A stretch of 64,000 nt of DNA from Eledone cirrhosa (taxonomy: Eukaryota), in the NCBI GenBank assembly GCA_964016885.1, contig OZ024743.1, forward strand, positions 349,122,001 to 349,186,000, in the 5' to 3' direction. Below, one piece after another: positions 26,320-41,830 of this stretch. Every line of letters starts with the position of its first letter. Positions within the stretch are counted from its first letter, which is position 1. The notes below the pieces were generated by a model. The model searched no databases. It was given only the letters and a program-made list of their open reading frames with translations, and was not told where the DNA came from. Both the position numbers and the translations under genes were made by a program.

Positions 26320-27453
26320 TTACTTAAAATGTTGATTTGTGTGTTGGTTAGAGGTGTCTTTGAGAGGTTGATTATTTTTGGTTTCTCCTGAGGGGGGGGG
26401 GGGGCATCGAGTATCCTGGTATTTCAGGCTTTTCCCTATAAAAGGAATGTAGTTTTGTGTGTGATTATATTTTGTTGGTCTGTTGCGTGTGGGTCTGTAG
26501 CTTGTTGTTTCATGAGGGTGAATGTGATGGTGGGGGTGGTATGTGTTGTGGTCGTTGATGAGCAAGGGTTCTGTTGTTGGTTCATGTGGTCTGGGTGCGT
26601 TATTTCTGTGATACAGAGTGTTGAGGCTGGGGGGTTGTCTTTTGTTGGATTGAGGGTGATGTCTGGTGTGGTTGTGGGTAAGTTCTGTTGTGATTTCAAG
26701 TGGTCTGGGTGGATTTCTTCTGAGGAATGTGGTGTGTGTGTTGTGAGTTGGATCTATGTTATTTCGTCGTTGGTTTATGTAGGGGGCATTTCTACGGAAA
26801 CCTGTGTTGTGGTAGTTGGGTGTGTTTCTTTTGGTGTAGTTGGCCGTATTTGGTTTGTGTTGGTGGGGGATGTGCCTGTGGTTAGTGTGTGTTGGGTTTG
26901 GTGGTGTAAATGTGTCTGTTGTAGTTCTTGTTATGTTCAAATGCTTTATAAAGGGGTTACCTGTTTGGTGCGTCCTTTTAAAGTCTTCTTCATATTTGAG
27001 GAACCAGTTTTCGGATTTTTCCCACCGTTTAAGGGAAATAGTTTCTGCATTCTCGCAGTCCTGTTTCCACGATTTGATTAAATTTTGTAGGGTTGTTCCC
27101 TCGGCCTTTTTAGTGCATTCTTCCTCCATATTTTTATCAGTATCCTTATACTCTTGCTCGTTTGAGGTGGCCCTTAATTTTAGGAGTTCTATTTCCATGT
27201 TTATCCTGTTGAGTGACATTTGTTCACGGAGTTTTCTTTCTGGTTCAGGTTCGTTTGTAATATGTTTTATTTGGAATTTACGTGGTAAAACTATCGGTGT
27301 TGAGTTAATCCATTTTTGGTAAATTCCAGCTTTGTTGAGATTTTTTATCATATTCCAGAAAGTGAATTTTCTGGTTATTAGATGGTTTTTCCAGAGGTGT
27401 CCCATTTGGTTTTTGATATGGAGCAATGTCGTTTGTTCTGTGTTGGTATTCAT
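26320..27453 (-). CDS. N-terminal region / upstream ORF of the same PLE (helical, charged domain followed by H/T/N/P-rich linker)
   Basis: 377-aa open frame that overlaps the RT frame out of phase at a C13 run (26392-26404). The frame stays open upstream to the pLTR junction at ~27515, indicating 5' truncation. Confidence 0.75.
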   Translation of the reverse strand: MNTNTEQTTLLHIKNQMGHLWKNHLITRKFTFWNMIKNLNKAGIYQKWINSTPIVLPRKFQIKHITNEPEPERKLREQMSLNRINMEIELLKLRATSNEQEYKDTDKNMEEECTKKAEGTTLQNLIKSWKQDCENAETISLKRWEKSENWFLKYEEDFKRTHQTGNPFIKHLNITRTTTDTFTPPNPTHTNHRHIPHQHKPNTANYTKRNTPNYHNTGFRRNAPYINQRRNNIDPTHNTHTTFLRRNPPRPLEITTELTHNHTRHHPQSNKRQPPSLNTLYHRNNAPRPHEPTTEPLLINDHNTYHPHHHIHPHETTSYRPTRNRPTKYNHTQNYIPFIGKSLKYQDTRCPPPPSGETKNNQPLKDTSNQHTNQHFK

Positions 27454-27724
27454 AAGTTTTTCGATGGAGTTGCATACGTTTTGAACGTTTAAATAAATTT
27501 GGTTGTCAGTCGGTGATTATGGAAAAAATATATGTGTCTGTATGTATATATATATATATATATTTGAAGGCCATTTCTCTGTGTGTGGGTGTATGTATGT
27601 GTATATGTGTGTGTGTGTGTATGTGTGTGCATGTGGATGTATGTATTGTGTGTGCGTGTGTGTGTGTGTGTGTGTGTATGTGTGTATGTATGTGTGTATC
27701 TGGATGTATGTGTATGTATATATA

Positions 27725-27769
<45 letters not shown>

Positions 27770-27836
27770 ATGTGTATATATGTGTGTGTGTGTATGTGTG
27801 TATGTATATGTATATGTGTGTGTGTATGTATGTGTG

Positions 27837-27873
<37 letters not shown>

Positions 27874-28412
27874 GTATATGTATGTATGTGTGGATGAAGG
27901 TATGTGTGTATATATAGGTGTAAGTGCACTAAATCCCTTTCTATCACGCTCCACTCTCCTACCCATCACAGGAAGATATGTGTGTGTATATTGATTCCAT
28001 CCCCTCACTGACCAGCAGCTGGCCAGTTGGTGATTGCTAAATCTGACCTTTATAAAATAACCCACACCCCAAATAACTTCTCATTCACTACCAGAAAGGG
28101 ACACAGCAGTCAACCTGTTGTTGCTACCTAGATGAAAACTGCTATGGAATCCCACAATGAATTTTATACTTGAATTTTCAAGTCTCAAATTTTAACTCTT
28201 CGTATTATTAATTTTTCTTAATATTAATCAACATTTGAAAAGATGGCTTTTGCAGACCCATCGAAACCGGTCATTTTTTATACCCTTTATTATTTCCTTA
28301 CCTTATAAAATTATGTTTTTTCACAAAAAAGTATTCTGTCTCTTATATATTCCATGTGCCATACCAACCTCAATTTTCTCTATAACCTTCGTTTTGTGTA
28401 GAAAATTACACT

Positions 28413-28449
<37 letters not shown>

Positions 28450-28458
28450 TATATATAT

Positions 28459-29196
28459 ATGAGAATAAACGTGCTGCGTGCTTGCTAATGGGTTACATAT
28501 GAATAAAGTTAGTCCTTCATAAGTGATCTTCCAACCATCATTGGTATTTCATCGCTTTAAAGACCATATACCTCCTGTTGGTGCGAGCAACGGCTAAAAA
28601 AAGTCGTTGGGACACGTAAATAATGGACATACGAGAGTGTAAACAAACAAAGATGGTGAAGCAACGAAAAGTGAGGAAGAAAGAGTCAAGTCCCAAATTT
28701 CCATGAATATAAGTATAAGTTCGGTGAAATCGTGTACGAGAGAGAATAAAGACCATCAAACCTGGTTGGAATGTGCGCAAGGAAGGAATTCCGTACAGGT
28801 CTAACGGGAGGAAGAAGGAATCTAGTCTGTGAATTCGATGAACATAAGTTCTGTGACATCGTAGACGAGAGAGAGAAAAAAGCGAACCTGCCTGACCAAG
28901 GGTGCAAAAGAAAAGAATTACGCACAGGTCAAACGGGAAGAAGGAGGAGGAGGAGCGGTAGTAACAGAGAGTGAGTGAGTGAAGGGTGAGGAAGAGGCTA
29001 ACAGAGAGAGTGACTGTTAGAGAGAGTAAAGATACAGAGAAAGACGAAGTAGTAAGAACGACATAGACGGGTCATAGCGAGAGAAAAAATATGTGTAAAT
29101 ATGAGAATAAACGTGCTGCGTGGTTGCTAATGGGTTACATATGAATAAAGTTAGTCCTTCATCAGTGATCTTCCAACCATCATTGGTATTTCATCG

Positions 29197-29199
<3 letters not shown>
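28459..29199 (-). repeat. ~100-bp direct repeats (28459-28557, 29101-29199) flanking ~540 bp of non-coding purine-rich sequence; pLTR-like non-autonomous unit
   Basis: atgagaataaacgtgctgcgtg...atttcatcgctt occurs twice, 642 bp apart. The right copy contains gttagtccttcatcag, identical to half of the HHR at 38.9 kb. Flanked by (TA)n. Confidence 0.7.
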
Positions 29200-29244
<45 letters not shown>

Positions 29245-29251
<7 letters not shown>

Positions 29252-29678
29252 ACAGGGGGGAAGAAGAAAAAAATGGCTTCACTTGTGCTTTCAACAAATT
29301 TATTTTCTTCACAAACTCCAAAAAGAATTTTTTTTTTTTCCGGATTAGAAAAAATGTTCTTAAACATTTTTTTTTATAAATTAAGTTGTTGTTTGTTGGT
29401 TAGGTCTTAGGAGTTCTTGGTTAACGTAGGAGGTATTGTTTCGTTTTTAGAATGACCTTTCACGCTGAGGTGCGCTTATCAAACTGATGTGTATGTGGTG
29501 TGTTGTTCTATATATAGGGATTTAACATGTCTTGTGTGGTGGGGTTTTTTTTCTCCCCCTTTAATAAGTGTAGGGGTGTAGGTGTGTTGAAAAAATGTTA
29601 ATAGCAGTAATGAGTTGAGACAGTGAGTAGGGTTGGGTGGGGAGAAATGTATGTATATGTCTGCATGTGTCTGTATGT

Positions 29679-29760
<82 letters not shown>

Positions 29761-29767
29761 ATGCCTC

Positions 29768-29814
<47 letters not shown>

Positions 29815-30726
29815 TTGTGTGTGTATGCATTGATGTGTGAACGGATTTATATATACGGACATATGTATATGTGTGTGTGTATGTGTGCGTGTATGTGTGT
29901 ATGTGTGTATATGTATGCACATGTATGTATGTATGTATATATATACCCATGTGGAGGTATGAGTATATATTCGTGTGTGTACGTATGTGTATATGTGTTT
30001 TTATATGTGTCTCTATATGTTTTTATGTATGTATGTGGATGTATATGTACATGGGTGTGTGATTGATGGTGTGTGCCTATATATTCCTACATATGCCCGT
30101 GTGTGTATGTACGTGTATACACACATATATGTGTGTGTTGAACAAAGGACTAATTTTGGGATGGACGTAGAAAAATTATTCAGAAAAAAATAATTGTTTA
30201 CAAGCTTGGCAGGTGCGGTTTACCTATGACCATCTTCAATACAAAGGAATACTAAATGCTTTTTCCCCTGAATAAAGGAATTTTTCGAGAATGACCGGGG
30301 CAGGCCGCACTTGCTACATTTCTCCCCACCCAACCCTACTAACTGCCTCAACTCATTACTGCTATTAACATTTTTCAACACACCTACACCCCTACACTTA
30401 TTAAAGGTGGAGAAAAAACCCCCCACCACACCACAGACATGTTAAATCCCTATATATAGAACAACACACCACATACACATCAGTTTGATAAGCGCACCTC
30501 AGCGTGAAAGGTCTTTCTAAAAACGAAACAATACCTCCTACGTTAACCAAGAACTCCTAAGACCTAACCAACAACCAACAACTTAATTTATAAAAAAAAA
30601 TGTTTAAGAAAATGTTTTCTAATCCGGAAAAAAAAAAAAAAATTATTTTTGGATTTTGTGAAGAAAATAAATTTGTTGAAAGCACAAGTGAAGCCATTTT
30701 TTTCTTCTTCCCCCCTGTCTTAATAT
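29245..30726. mobile_element. PLE 3' remnant with ~405-bp inverted pLTRs (29245-29651 and 30315-30726)
   Basis: The arms are reverse complements. Each has TTGATAA GCGC acctca GCGT GAAA GGTC (plus copy at 30485-30513). The spacer holds a microsatellite and a possible decayed GIY-YIG tail (30140-30315). Confidence 0.75.
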
Positions 30727-30756
30727 ACCTAACTGTACCAAGGATTACACACATTT

Positions 30757-30800
<44 letters not shown>

Positions 30801-30930
30801 GTGAGGTTTTTTTTACAACATGAAAAATAACCGAGGTGTCTCACACGAGTGAAAGTATAAAGGAAAAAAGATGAAATCGAAAATGCAACTGGAGTCTTAT
30901 TTTTTTTTAAATATAAATATTTATTTGGTT

Positions 30931-30968
30931 CTTTTACCGGTTTCGCAGTTCTTCTGTTTTTCAAAAGT
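30931..30968 (-). ncRNA. Minimal hammerhead-like motif, U3-A8 core
   Basis: CTT TTGAAAA A-CAG aagaa CTG-C GAAA CCGG TA|AAAG. Palindromic stem III; stems I and II imperfect. Confidence 0.5.
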
Positions 30969-31199
30969 AGAGTTGAGATGGAGGGTCTGTGGTTTCTATC
31001 ACATATATATATATTTATATATATAGTTGTTATATAGTAAGGTGCATTATTGGTTGATAAATAAATTTATGTTAGCATATTAAGTTCCCCATGCTTTTGT
31101 ATATCTCCAAATCCATTCAAGGGAACAGCTAGATGATGTAAAACGGAGTATAAGTATCACAATGAAAATCCGAAGGCAAGGTAAAATTCCAATCATTTA

Positions 31200-32828
31200 A
31201 TCACGACACATATTTCAATAAGAGATAGATCGATTGTGAAGCTATGATCGATTATCACTGATCTCATCAGGTGAAAATGAATTGTCTTCAAATTCTTGAC
31301 ATGAGGGAGAAAAATAACGATGTTCTCTCACAGAAATGATTCCCTCATATGAAGACACACCAGTCAGAGACACGGCGACTGCTATGAACATCAGTTGAGG
31401 TCATAAAAGTTGTAAGATTTCTATTGCTGCAAAAGACGCTGGACATCAATCAAATCTGTAGGGATATAGTCGGTCACTGTTAATGTGAGTGGGTACACAC
31501 ACACTCCAGACCCACATACACCGGCTCGAGGTCAGAGAAAAAGATATATACATATATATACACACATCAACACAGTATCAAACCTGTAGAATTATAGAAG
31601 GTCACAGTTAGTGAGTTATAGAAGGTCACAGTACCCATTTCCTTAAGACATTGAGCTCCCACAATTACGATGTGTCACGTTCCTACCGACTGAACACTAC
31701 ACTAGGTTTTGATCCGTGATCATCTAACCATGGAGGACCCACTGTTACGGATTGAACAATAATACTTACACACTATTAATGGGCCTACACACATCCTCTG
31801 GATTTTACTATCCTTTGTTTTTTACTTCACCTTCTGTGTTGGATAACACACCTCCACCATTCAAACAACTATCTTAAAAACTCATTTGCCCATATGACGG
31901 GAAATCGCACTTACTGACGTATTTACCCAATACCCAACCCTACACCGTGCCCCTTCCTGGCCTACATTGCGGTTGCTTGCACGCACGGATTTGGTGTATC
32001 GGATTCTCAATGGGACAGCGGTACATACTGAGTTCGATATGAGCTGATTGCTTGCTCTTCGCATGGATGTGTATATACCCAGACATACACTTTTTTGGAC
32101 GATTCGGATGTGTATATACCATAACATACACTTCAAGATATGGATGTTACAATTCAATATATACACGTATAGTAGAACACTGAACTTACTTGCTTATGTG
32201 TGTGTGTGTGTATGGGTCGTTGGTTAACCCAATATTTCCAATTTACATCGTCAAATTGAGATTTGATCAATGTAGCATCTGTTGTTTTGTGAACTAACTT
32301 TCGGTGAATGCTGTGTTGGTTCATTCTTATATTTGTTTTCTTATATTTGTTTTTTTCTCTGATATCGCTTCAGTGTGTGTGAGAGTGTGTGTGTGTACCC
32401 ACCCACACTAACTATGACCTTCTATAATTCTACAGGTTTGATACTGCGTTGATGTGTGTATATACATGTATATATTTTTTTCTTTGACCTCGAGCCGGTG
32501 TATGTGGGTCTGGAGTGTGTGTGTACCGGGTCTGGAGTGTGTGTGTACCCACTCACATTAACTGTGACCGACTATATCCCTACAGATTTGATTGATGTCC
32601 AGCGCCTTTTGCAGCAATAGAAATCTGACAACTTTTATGACCTCAACTGAAATTAATAGCAGTCGCCGTGTCTCTGACTGGTGTGTCTTCATATGAGGGA
32701 ATGAATTCTATGAGAGAACATCGTCATTTTTCTCCCTCATGTCAAGAATTTGAAGGTAATTCATTTTCACCTGATGAGATCAGTGATAATTGATCATAAC
32801 TTCACAATCGATATATCTCTTATTGGAA
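31200..32828. mobile_element. PLE remnant with ~400-bp inverted repeats (31214-31612 and 32405-32828)
   Basis: The arms are reverse complements. Minus strand of the left arm: TCAC CTGATGA-n47-GAAA TATGTG TC|GTGA. The spacer has a weak GIY-YIG-like remnant near 32100-32165. Confidence 0.7.
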
Positions 32829-33109
32829 CAAAATGTTAACAAACGGAAAATATTCCCATAATCAAAATATATACTTTATTATATATATTTCAAAGGTACT
32901 GTGTTGTTTCAGTAAGTTTTCATCAGACAAAATATATAATTTGATATATGACATACCATAATGGAATTGAATAATCAAGACAGTAGCTGTATATCAAATC
33001 ATATATTTTGTCTGTTGAAAACGTACTGAAACAACACGGTACCTTTGAAATATATATAATAAAGTATATATTTTGATTATGCGAATATTTTTCATTTGTT
33101 AACATTTTG
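32829..33109. repeat. ~120-bp-arm inverted repeat with decayed hammerhead cores
   Basis: caaaatgttaacaaa...ttgatata / tatatcaa...tttgttaacattttg. CTGATGA..ctGAAAcaac on the left arm (minus) and CTGTTGA..ctGAAAcaac on the right arm. Confidence 0.8.
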
Positions 33110-33256
33110 AATAATATTAAAAACTCCAGGAAAAATACTGCTGAGTGCTTCTAATCTATTGTAAAATTGTATTCGTTGAGTAATCAACGAACCATACTAA
33201 TCTTTGGTATTATATATATATATATATGCATTTATATATTCATTTATATATATGCA

Positions 33257-33293
<37 letters not shown>

Positions 33294-33308
33294 GCATATA
33301 TATATATA

Positions 33309-33345
<37 letters not shown>

Positions 33346-33399
33346 CTAGGGCGGGTAAAATTCCCGAGCTCCATGGTTGAGTTCTCTTCAGCAGTCTCT

Positions 33400-34095
33400 G
33401 TCCCTCATTATCGCTGCCATGTCCTGCATCTCCAACAGACCATTGTCTGTCCTTAGTGCATCAACATACGTTAACCTTGGTCTTACTCTTCCAGTGTGTC
33501 CATGTAGGGGCTCCCACAAGAGCACTGGGTGCAATGACAACTCTGGATGTCGGTGAGCAGTCCTGCTAACCTCAGTCTCCTATGTGTCACATTTGAGCTG
33601 ACGTTTGGGAGGCTCCCATACAGCTCTGAGTTTTTCAACCTCAGTGTATACTGATTAATGTTCAGAGCCATCCTCAACATTCTTGTGTAGCACCCATCCA
33701 CCATTTGAGTGGGTTTCCTGGTCAGTGTCCAAGTCTCAGACCCGTACAGCAGCACAGACCCCACTACAGCAATTGAGAGGCGGATTGTCCGGTCTTTACG
33801 AAGGACCGACTTCCACACCGATCTCAAGCTGTGACACGCCGCCCACGCTTTGCTCTTCCTCTCAACAACATCATGTTCCGTATTCCCAATCTTTCCTCTC
33901 AAATACAGGAAGTCCTCAACCAACGGCGACATAGTTTTGGTGACAAATACAGTGAAGGAGGCAGAGGATTTGATGCAGCAGGTTGAGACTGTGTCGATGA
34001 GTGTGGAGCTGAGAATGAATGAGACTAAAACAAAATATCTGGTAGAGATTGTTGACAAGCCAGAGGGGATCACTAATGTAGGCGGGGAGCCGCTA
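33400..34095 (-). mobile_element. RTE-like LINE 3' fragment with 5' inversion
   Basis: Minus: LVEDFLYL..KAWAACHSLRSVWKS..SVLLYGSETWTLT..DGCYTRMLR..RRLRLAG. Plus 33925-34095: DIVLVTNTVKEAEDLMQQVETVSMSVELRMNETKTKYL..GGEPL, which is the immediately upstream RT segment. Confidence 0.85.
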
Positions 34096-34101
34096 ATATA
34101 T

Positions 34102-34134
<33 letters not shown>

Positions 34135-34199
34135 AGACTAAAATCCAAAGCGGGCCCAATAAGGATAAATATATATCAAATATATAAGAACCGTAGAGC

Positions 34200-34354
34200 A
34201 AATATTTATTAAAATATCAGATTAAAGTTTAAGCAAAGAATCGCTGCTTTCACCCTTAACGGGATCTTCTGAAACTCCCGTTAAGGGTGACAGCAACGAT
34301 CTCGTTAAGGGTGAAAGCAGCGATTCTTTGCTTAGACTTTAATCTGTTATTTTA

Positions 34355-34362
<8 letters not shown>
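34200..34362. repeat. Short foldback with hammerhead remnants
   Basis: atatttattaaaata.cagattaaagt.taagcaaagaatcgctgctttcacccttaacg is mirrored at 34303-34362. Minus-strand motif CAGAAGA TCCC gttaa GGGT GAAA GCAGC. Confidence 0.75.
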
Positions 34363-34417
<55 letters not shown>

Positions 34418-34754
34418 TATATGTATACATATAAAAAAATCTCTTTATTTTAGAAATGAGCAGGCAGGGGCGAAACAATTGGAGGGGCATCATAGTACTA
34501 CAGATGTTGTCATATTTTCGGTGAGACTAAAGTTGTAGTATACTGACCCTGCATTCTCAGTACACTGAGCCTCTAGAGACACGTACTAGACTGAAAAATT
34601 CAATAAAGAATGTCGGTCTGGGTGATTGATTTTCCAAATGTTCGATCACCCTAAATTCTTACTTCTTGACATGGTTGTGAATTCCGCAGACACTATTGGG
34701 AATTCGGAATACTCTGCATTATGCAATGTAACAAAGCTGTCTCTCTCAAATACA

Positions 34755-34795
<41 letters not shown>

Positions 34796-34916
34796 AAAAA
34801 AATATATATATATACAAAAATATATATATATATATATATATAAATATACAAAAAAAAACAAGATAACGTAGGACAGAACAAAGGAGAGGCACAAAAAACA
34901 AAGAAAAGAATCCCCA

Positions 34917-34959
34917 GTCACTGAAGAGGTCACAGAATGTGTGACGAAAGAACTTTGAC
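34917..34959 (+). ncRNA. Minimal type I hammerhead ribozyme (solo)
   Basis: GTCA CTGAAGA G-GTCACA gaatg TGTGAC GAAA GAAC TT|TGAC: stem I GTCA/TGAC, canonical core, 6-bp stem II, CUU site. Confidence 0.75.
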
Positions 34960-35129
34960 AATATATAAACAACCATCTGGTTGTGGAACCAACCAACCAA
35001 CCGGAAATTTATAAATTCCTAAATTTATAAATTTATTATAATAAATTGAAGTTAAAGCGTATGGTGCGTGTGTTTCTTATTGGCAACATGACCCTCCCAA
35101 AGTATAACAATATATATATATAATAGATA

Positions 35130-35241
<112 letters not shown>

Positions 35242-35246
35242 AGTAC

Positions 35247-35366
<120 letters not shown>

Positions 35367-36802
35367 GTGTGTGTGTGTGTATAACTATGTGAGTGTTTCT
35401 TTGTAAATTGTAAATTGTGGCACTCCCAACAAGCGTAATCATTGTTCTTCCAGCTTCGAATACTCATATTCCATGATTACATGTCATAACACATATTTGC
35501 ACGTCTTTGAGTGTTTACTCTTCAGACATGTTGAGCATGTGGCCAAGACAGAGGAGCCCTCATTGTTTCATCATTGTTGATGAGGCTGTGTATTTGCGTG
35601 TGATACATCTTTGGTCATAGATTTACACAACGTCGACTGAAATCTGGTTAATGAACAACAAGAATAAATCCGCCCAGTAGTAAGCCAGAGCAATGCTCAT
35701 TGCCTAATTTACTTCTTTAATGTAGGAACTAAATCGTATTTAACAAAATGACTTATCCACCACTATGTGGGTTACCTTAGAAAATGTTTCAAAGTAAAGC
35801 ATTATTAACGTCACATTTCTGTTATCAACAAATGATGACAAACATGCAGCATTAATTATGTCAACTACAACGCAGATTCATCTATAACTAATACCATTAA
35901 CCACAACAACTATCACACTACACTAGCAATATTTAGAAACCCATCATATCAACAAACACCAAATATATTACCTGCAGTGCTACAACATATACAAACGTCA
36001 CTGTAATAATAGATACCTGCCGCAATGTTTATCTACTACTACTACTACTACAACAAAAACACCAACAACCTTCCCAATTTCCAATTTCCACCCCCACCGT
36101 ATCACAAACTCCAATATGAATACTTTCAAGAACTCATCCTTCTAGCTCCACCACTGCATCCATCGCCGAGCATAGCATCAAAACCTACCATTTCCCCCAC
36201 CTCAAATCAATTCTTTAGCACCTTCATTGATCGCTACAAAACACTATCATTAAGACGGACACACATCATCTACGATCTAACGAGGTCAACCATTTACTGC
36301 TAACTCAATCACAGCGCCATCATATCAACTGTTCATCATTGATGGCTATGACAACCGGAAGGCATCATTTTAAGAAATGCAACGACACCAGATAATTTCT
36401 TTAATTCCATCTACCTTATTCACATATATTTTTGTATTCTTTCTTTCACGAGAGATGCAGTTCTCCATGCTCCCCACATACGCAGCATTTTCTCAATTCT
36501 GTATTGTTGCTGATTGAATAGTTGTTATTTTTTTTATATATATTTTTTGTTATTGTTTGTGGTGGAATTTGTCATGGCTTTGTTAATGACTGTTATGCTG
36601 CCTTGCTGTTGTCGTTTTTGTTATTGTTGTTTTAATTTCAAATCAATCAGATCAGAAAGACCTCTTATGAACGGTACTTCAAAAATAGCCTTACCTAATT
36701 TATACATCCTCATTTATTTTTTTTTTTTTTTTTTTAGCATTTTAAGAGACCAGATGAATGCTTCATTCTGGTTCGATTCCTTTTTATTATTGTTTACCAG
36801 AG

Positions 36803-37345
36803 AGTGTTGGATTGGCAGTATTGTAGGGTGTCGGACAATATTCTCCATGAGTTCAAATCCGCTCGAGATTAGCTTTACCTTTCATTCTTACGGGGTCGAG
36901 AAAAAAAAGTACTAGTCATGCATTGAGGTCGAGATAATCGACTTTTCCCCTCTCACAATATTGCTGGCCTTGTATCTAAATCAGAAACCATCATTGTTTA
37001 ACACAGGGTGATGTATTGGCAGTATCGGTAGAGAGTTAGCAGCAGTTCTCAGTTCAAATGCGGCCGAGTTTAGGTTTGCCTGCCATCCTTTCGGGCGTCG
37101 ATAAAATGCACTGGAGTCGATTTAATACACTTCCCCTCCCCAAATCTTTGGTATTTTGCCTAAATCAGAAACCATTAATATTTAATAAAAGAGAGGTGGA
37201 TTTCTAGTATCGGGAGAACGTTGGACGAAACGCTTTCGATGACCTAAGTTCAAATCCCCCCGACTTTTCATCTTTACGGGGTCGATGAAATAAAGTCGCT
37301 GTAAGAGGCTGGGGTAGATTTAATCGGCTTTTCCTTTCGCCTTAA
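36803..37345 (+). mobile_element. Three adjacent diverged SINE copies (same family as 15.2 kb)
   Basis: Repeated ttggcagtat..gt, gttcaaat and cggggtcga motifs at ~36803-36990, 37010-37175 and 37195-37345. Confidence 0.75.
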
Positions 37346-38637
37346 GAGCATTTCTGTCTCTACTACTGTGTATATTTTGTGTTTAAGATACGATATTCCT
37401 AATTACCCGATGACATATTTTTAAAGCAAATTTAAGTATCGATGTAGAGCCTCACATATTTTGTTACGGTGTAGTAGCTATTTATGTTTTTTGATTAACA
37501 GATATAATTCTTACGCGTTGGGATCCCTTGAATTTACTTAAATAATTTCAAGCTAAGTTACTTCCCAAACGTACAATCCCCATAATTTAGAATACCGACG
37601 CGTACCTCTGCTAGTAGGAAATAAGTTTTATATGTTACATAGTATATATGTATGTTCTTAACATAGAACATATGTATGAGTAGCCCACATGACATAACTT
37701 TGAATTTTACCTATTCATTGTTGAGGTTCGCGTGATATAAAATGAGACATATATCTAAATTATCATGTCCTTAATGTAAATGTCATTATCACGAAGACTT
37801 TAGCTAATTGTTTGCCATTCTAATCACTGAAGCGTGAATGTTCCTGCAACTATTCTTTACGGTCCAACACTACTTACACTAATGAAGTCCACAGAACACT
37901 GAAGACATTCCAACATCTTTGATTGTAGCATATATACTTCATCCTGCGTGTCTAGGTAGGTGTACGTATTAGTGTGTGTATGTGGTTGGGGTGCCAGCGA
38001 ATGTATGTGTATGTGTATGTGAGAGTGTATTTGAATAAATGTTATAGGGAGTGAATTCAAGAAAGTAACACATCGAGAGAGAGTGAGAGTGAGAGAGAAA
38101 GAGACAGAGGGACATAGAGAGAGAGAGAGAGACAGAGACACAGAGAGCGAGAGAGAGAGAGGGGGAACTGTAAGAATTATTGTAAAAGGCGCTTTTGGGG
38201 GAGCTGTATATAATTATGTTCGGTCAATTGCTTCAGAAAAATCACTCATTTGGGTCATTTGTCAATAGTAGTGGAAAGTTAAATAAAAATATATTACATG
38301 CAATACTTTAATATAATTCGAAAGTAGAGAGATGTGTGTTTATATATATTATATATATGTATATATATATATATGAATTTATGGAGGGTGTGTATACATG
38401 CTTGATTGTGTATGTTTATGTGTGTATGTGTGTGCATTTATTATATATATATTTATGTATATATATATAGGAAAATGTTTAACTCCGACGGCAGAGCTCA
38501 AGCCGTTTCAACGGCTAGTCGAAACGGGTTGAGCTCTGCCGTCGGGTTTAAGCATTTTCCTATTACCCACCCTACTACCGTAAGTATTGAGTACTCTGGT
38601 GCGTTATGGTCTAGCTGGTTCCTTACCACACCTCCGT

Positions 38638-41830
<3,193 letters not shown>

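Larger units (their letters stand above)
22761..28380 (-). mobile_element. Neptune-type Penelope-like element, 5' truncated, bounded by inverted pLTRs (22761-23855 and 27516-28380)
   Basis: Long RT-GIY-YIG ORF. The arms are reverse complements of each other apart from microsatellite length (paired spurious ORFs 23076+/27517- and 22685-/28235+). Embedded in (TA)n/(GA)n. Confidence 0.93.

Noticed and set aside
35440-35620. Possible RTE 3' remnant (LCLGHMLNM on the minus strand)
   Set aside because: Motif too short to call with useful confidence.
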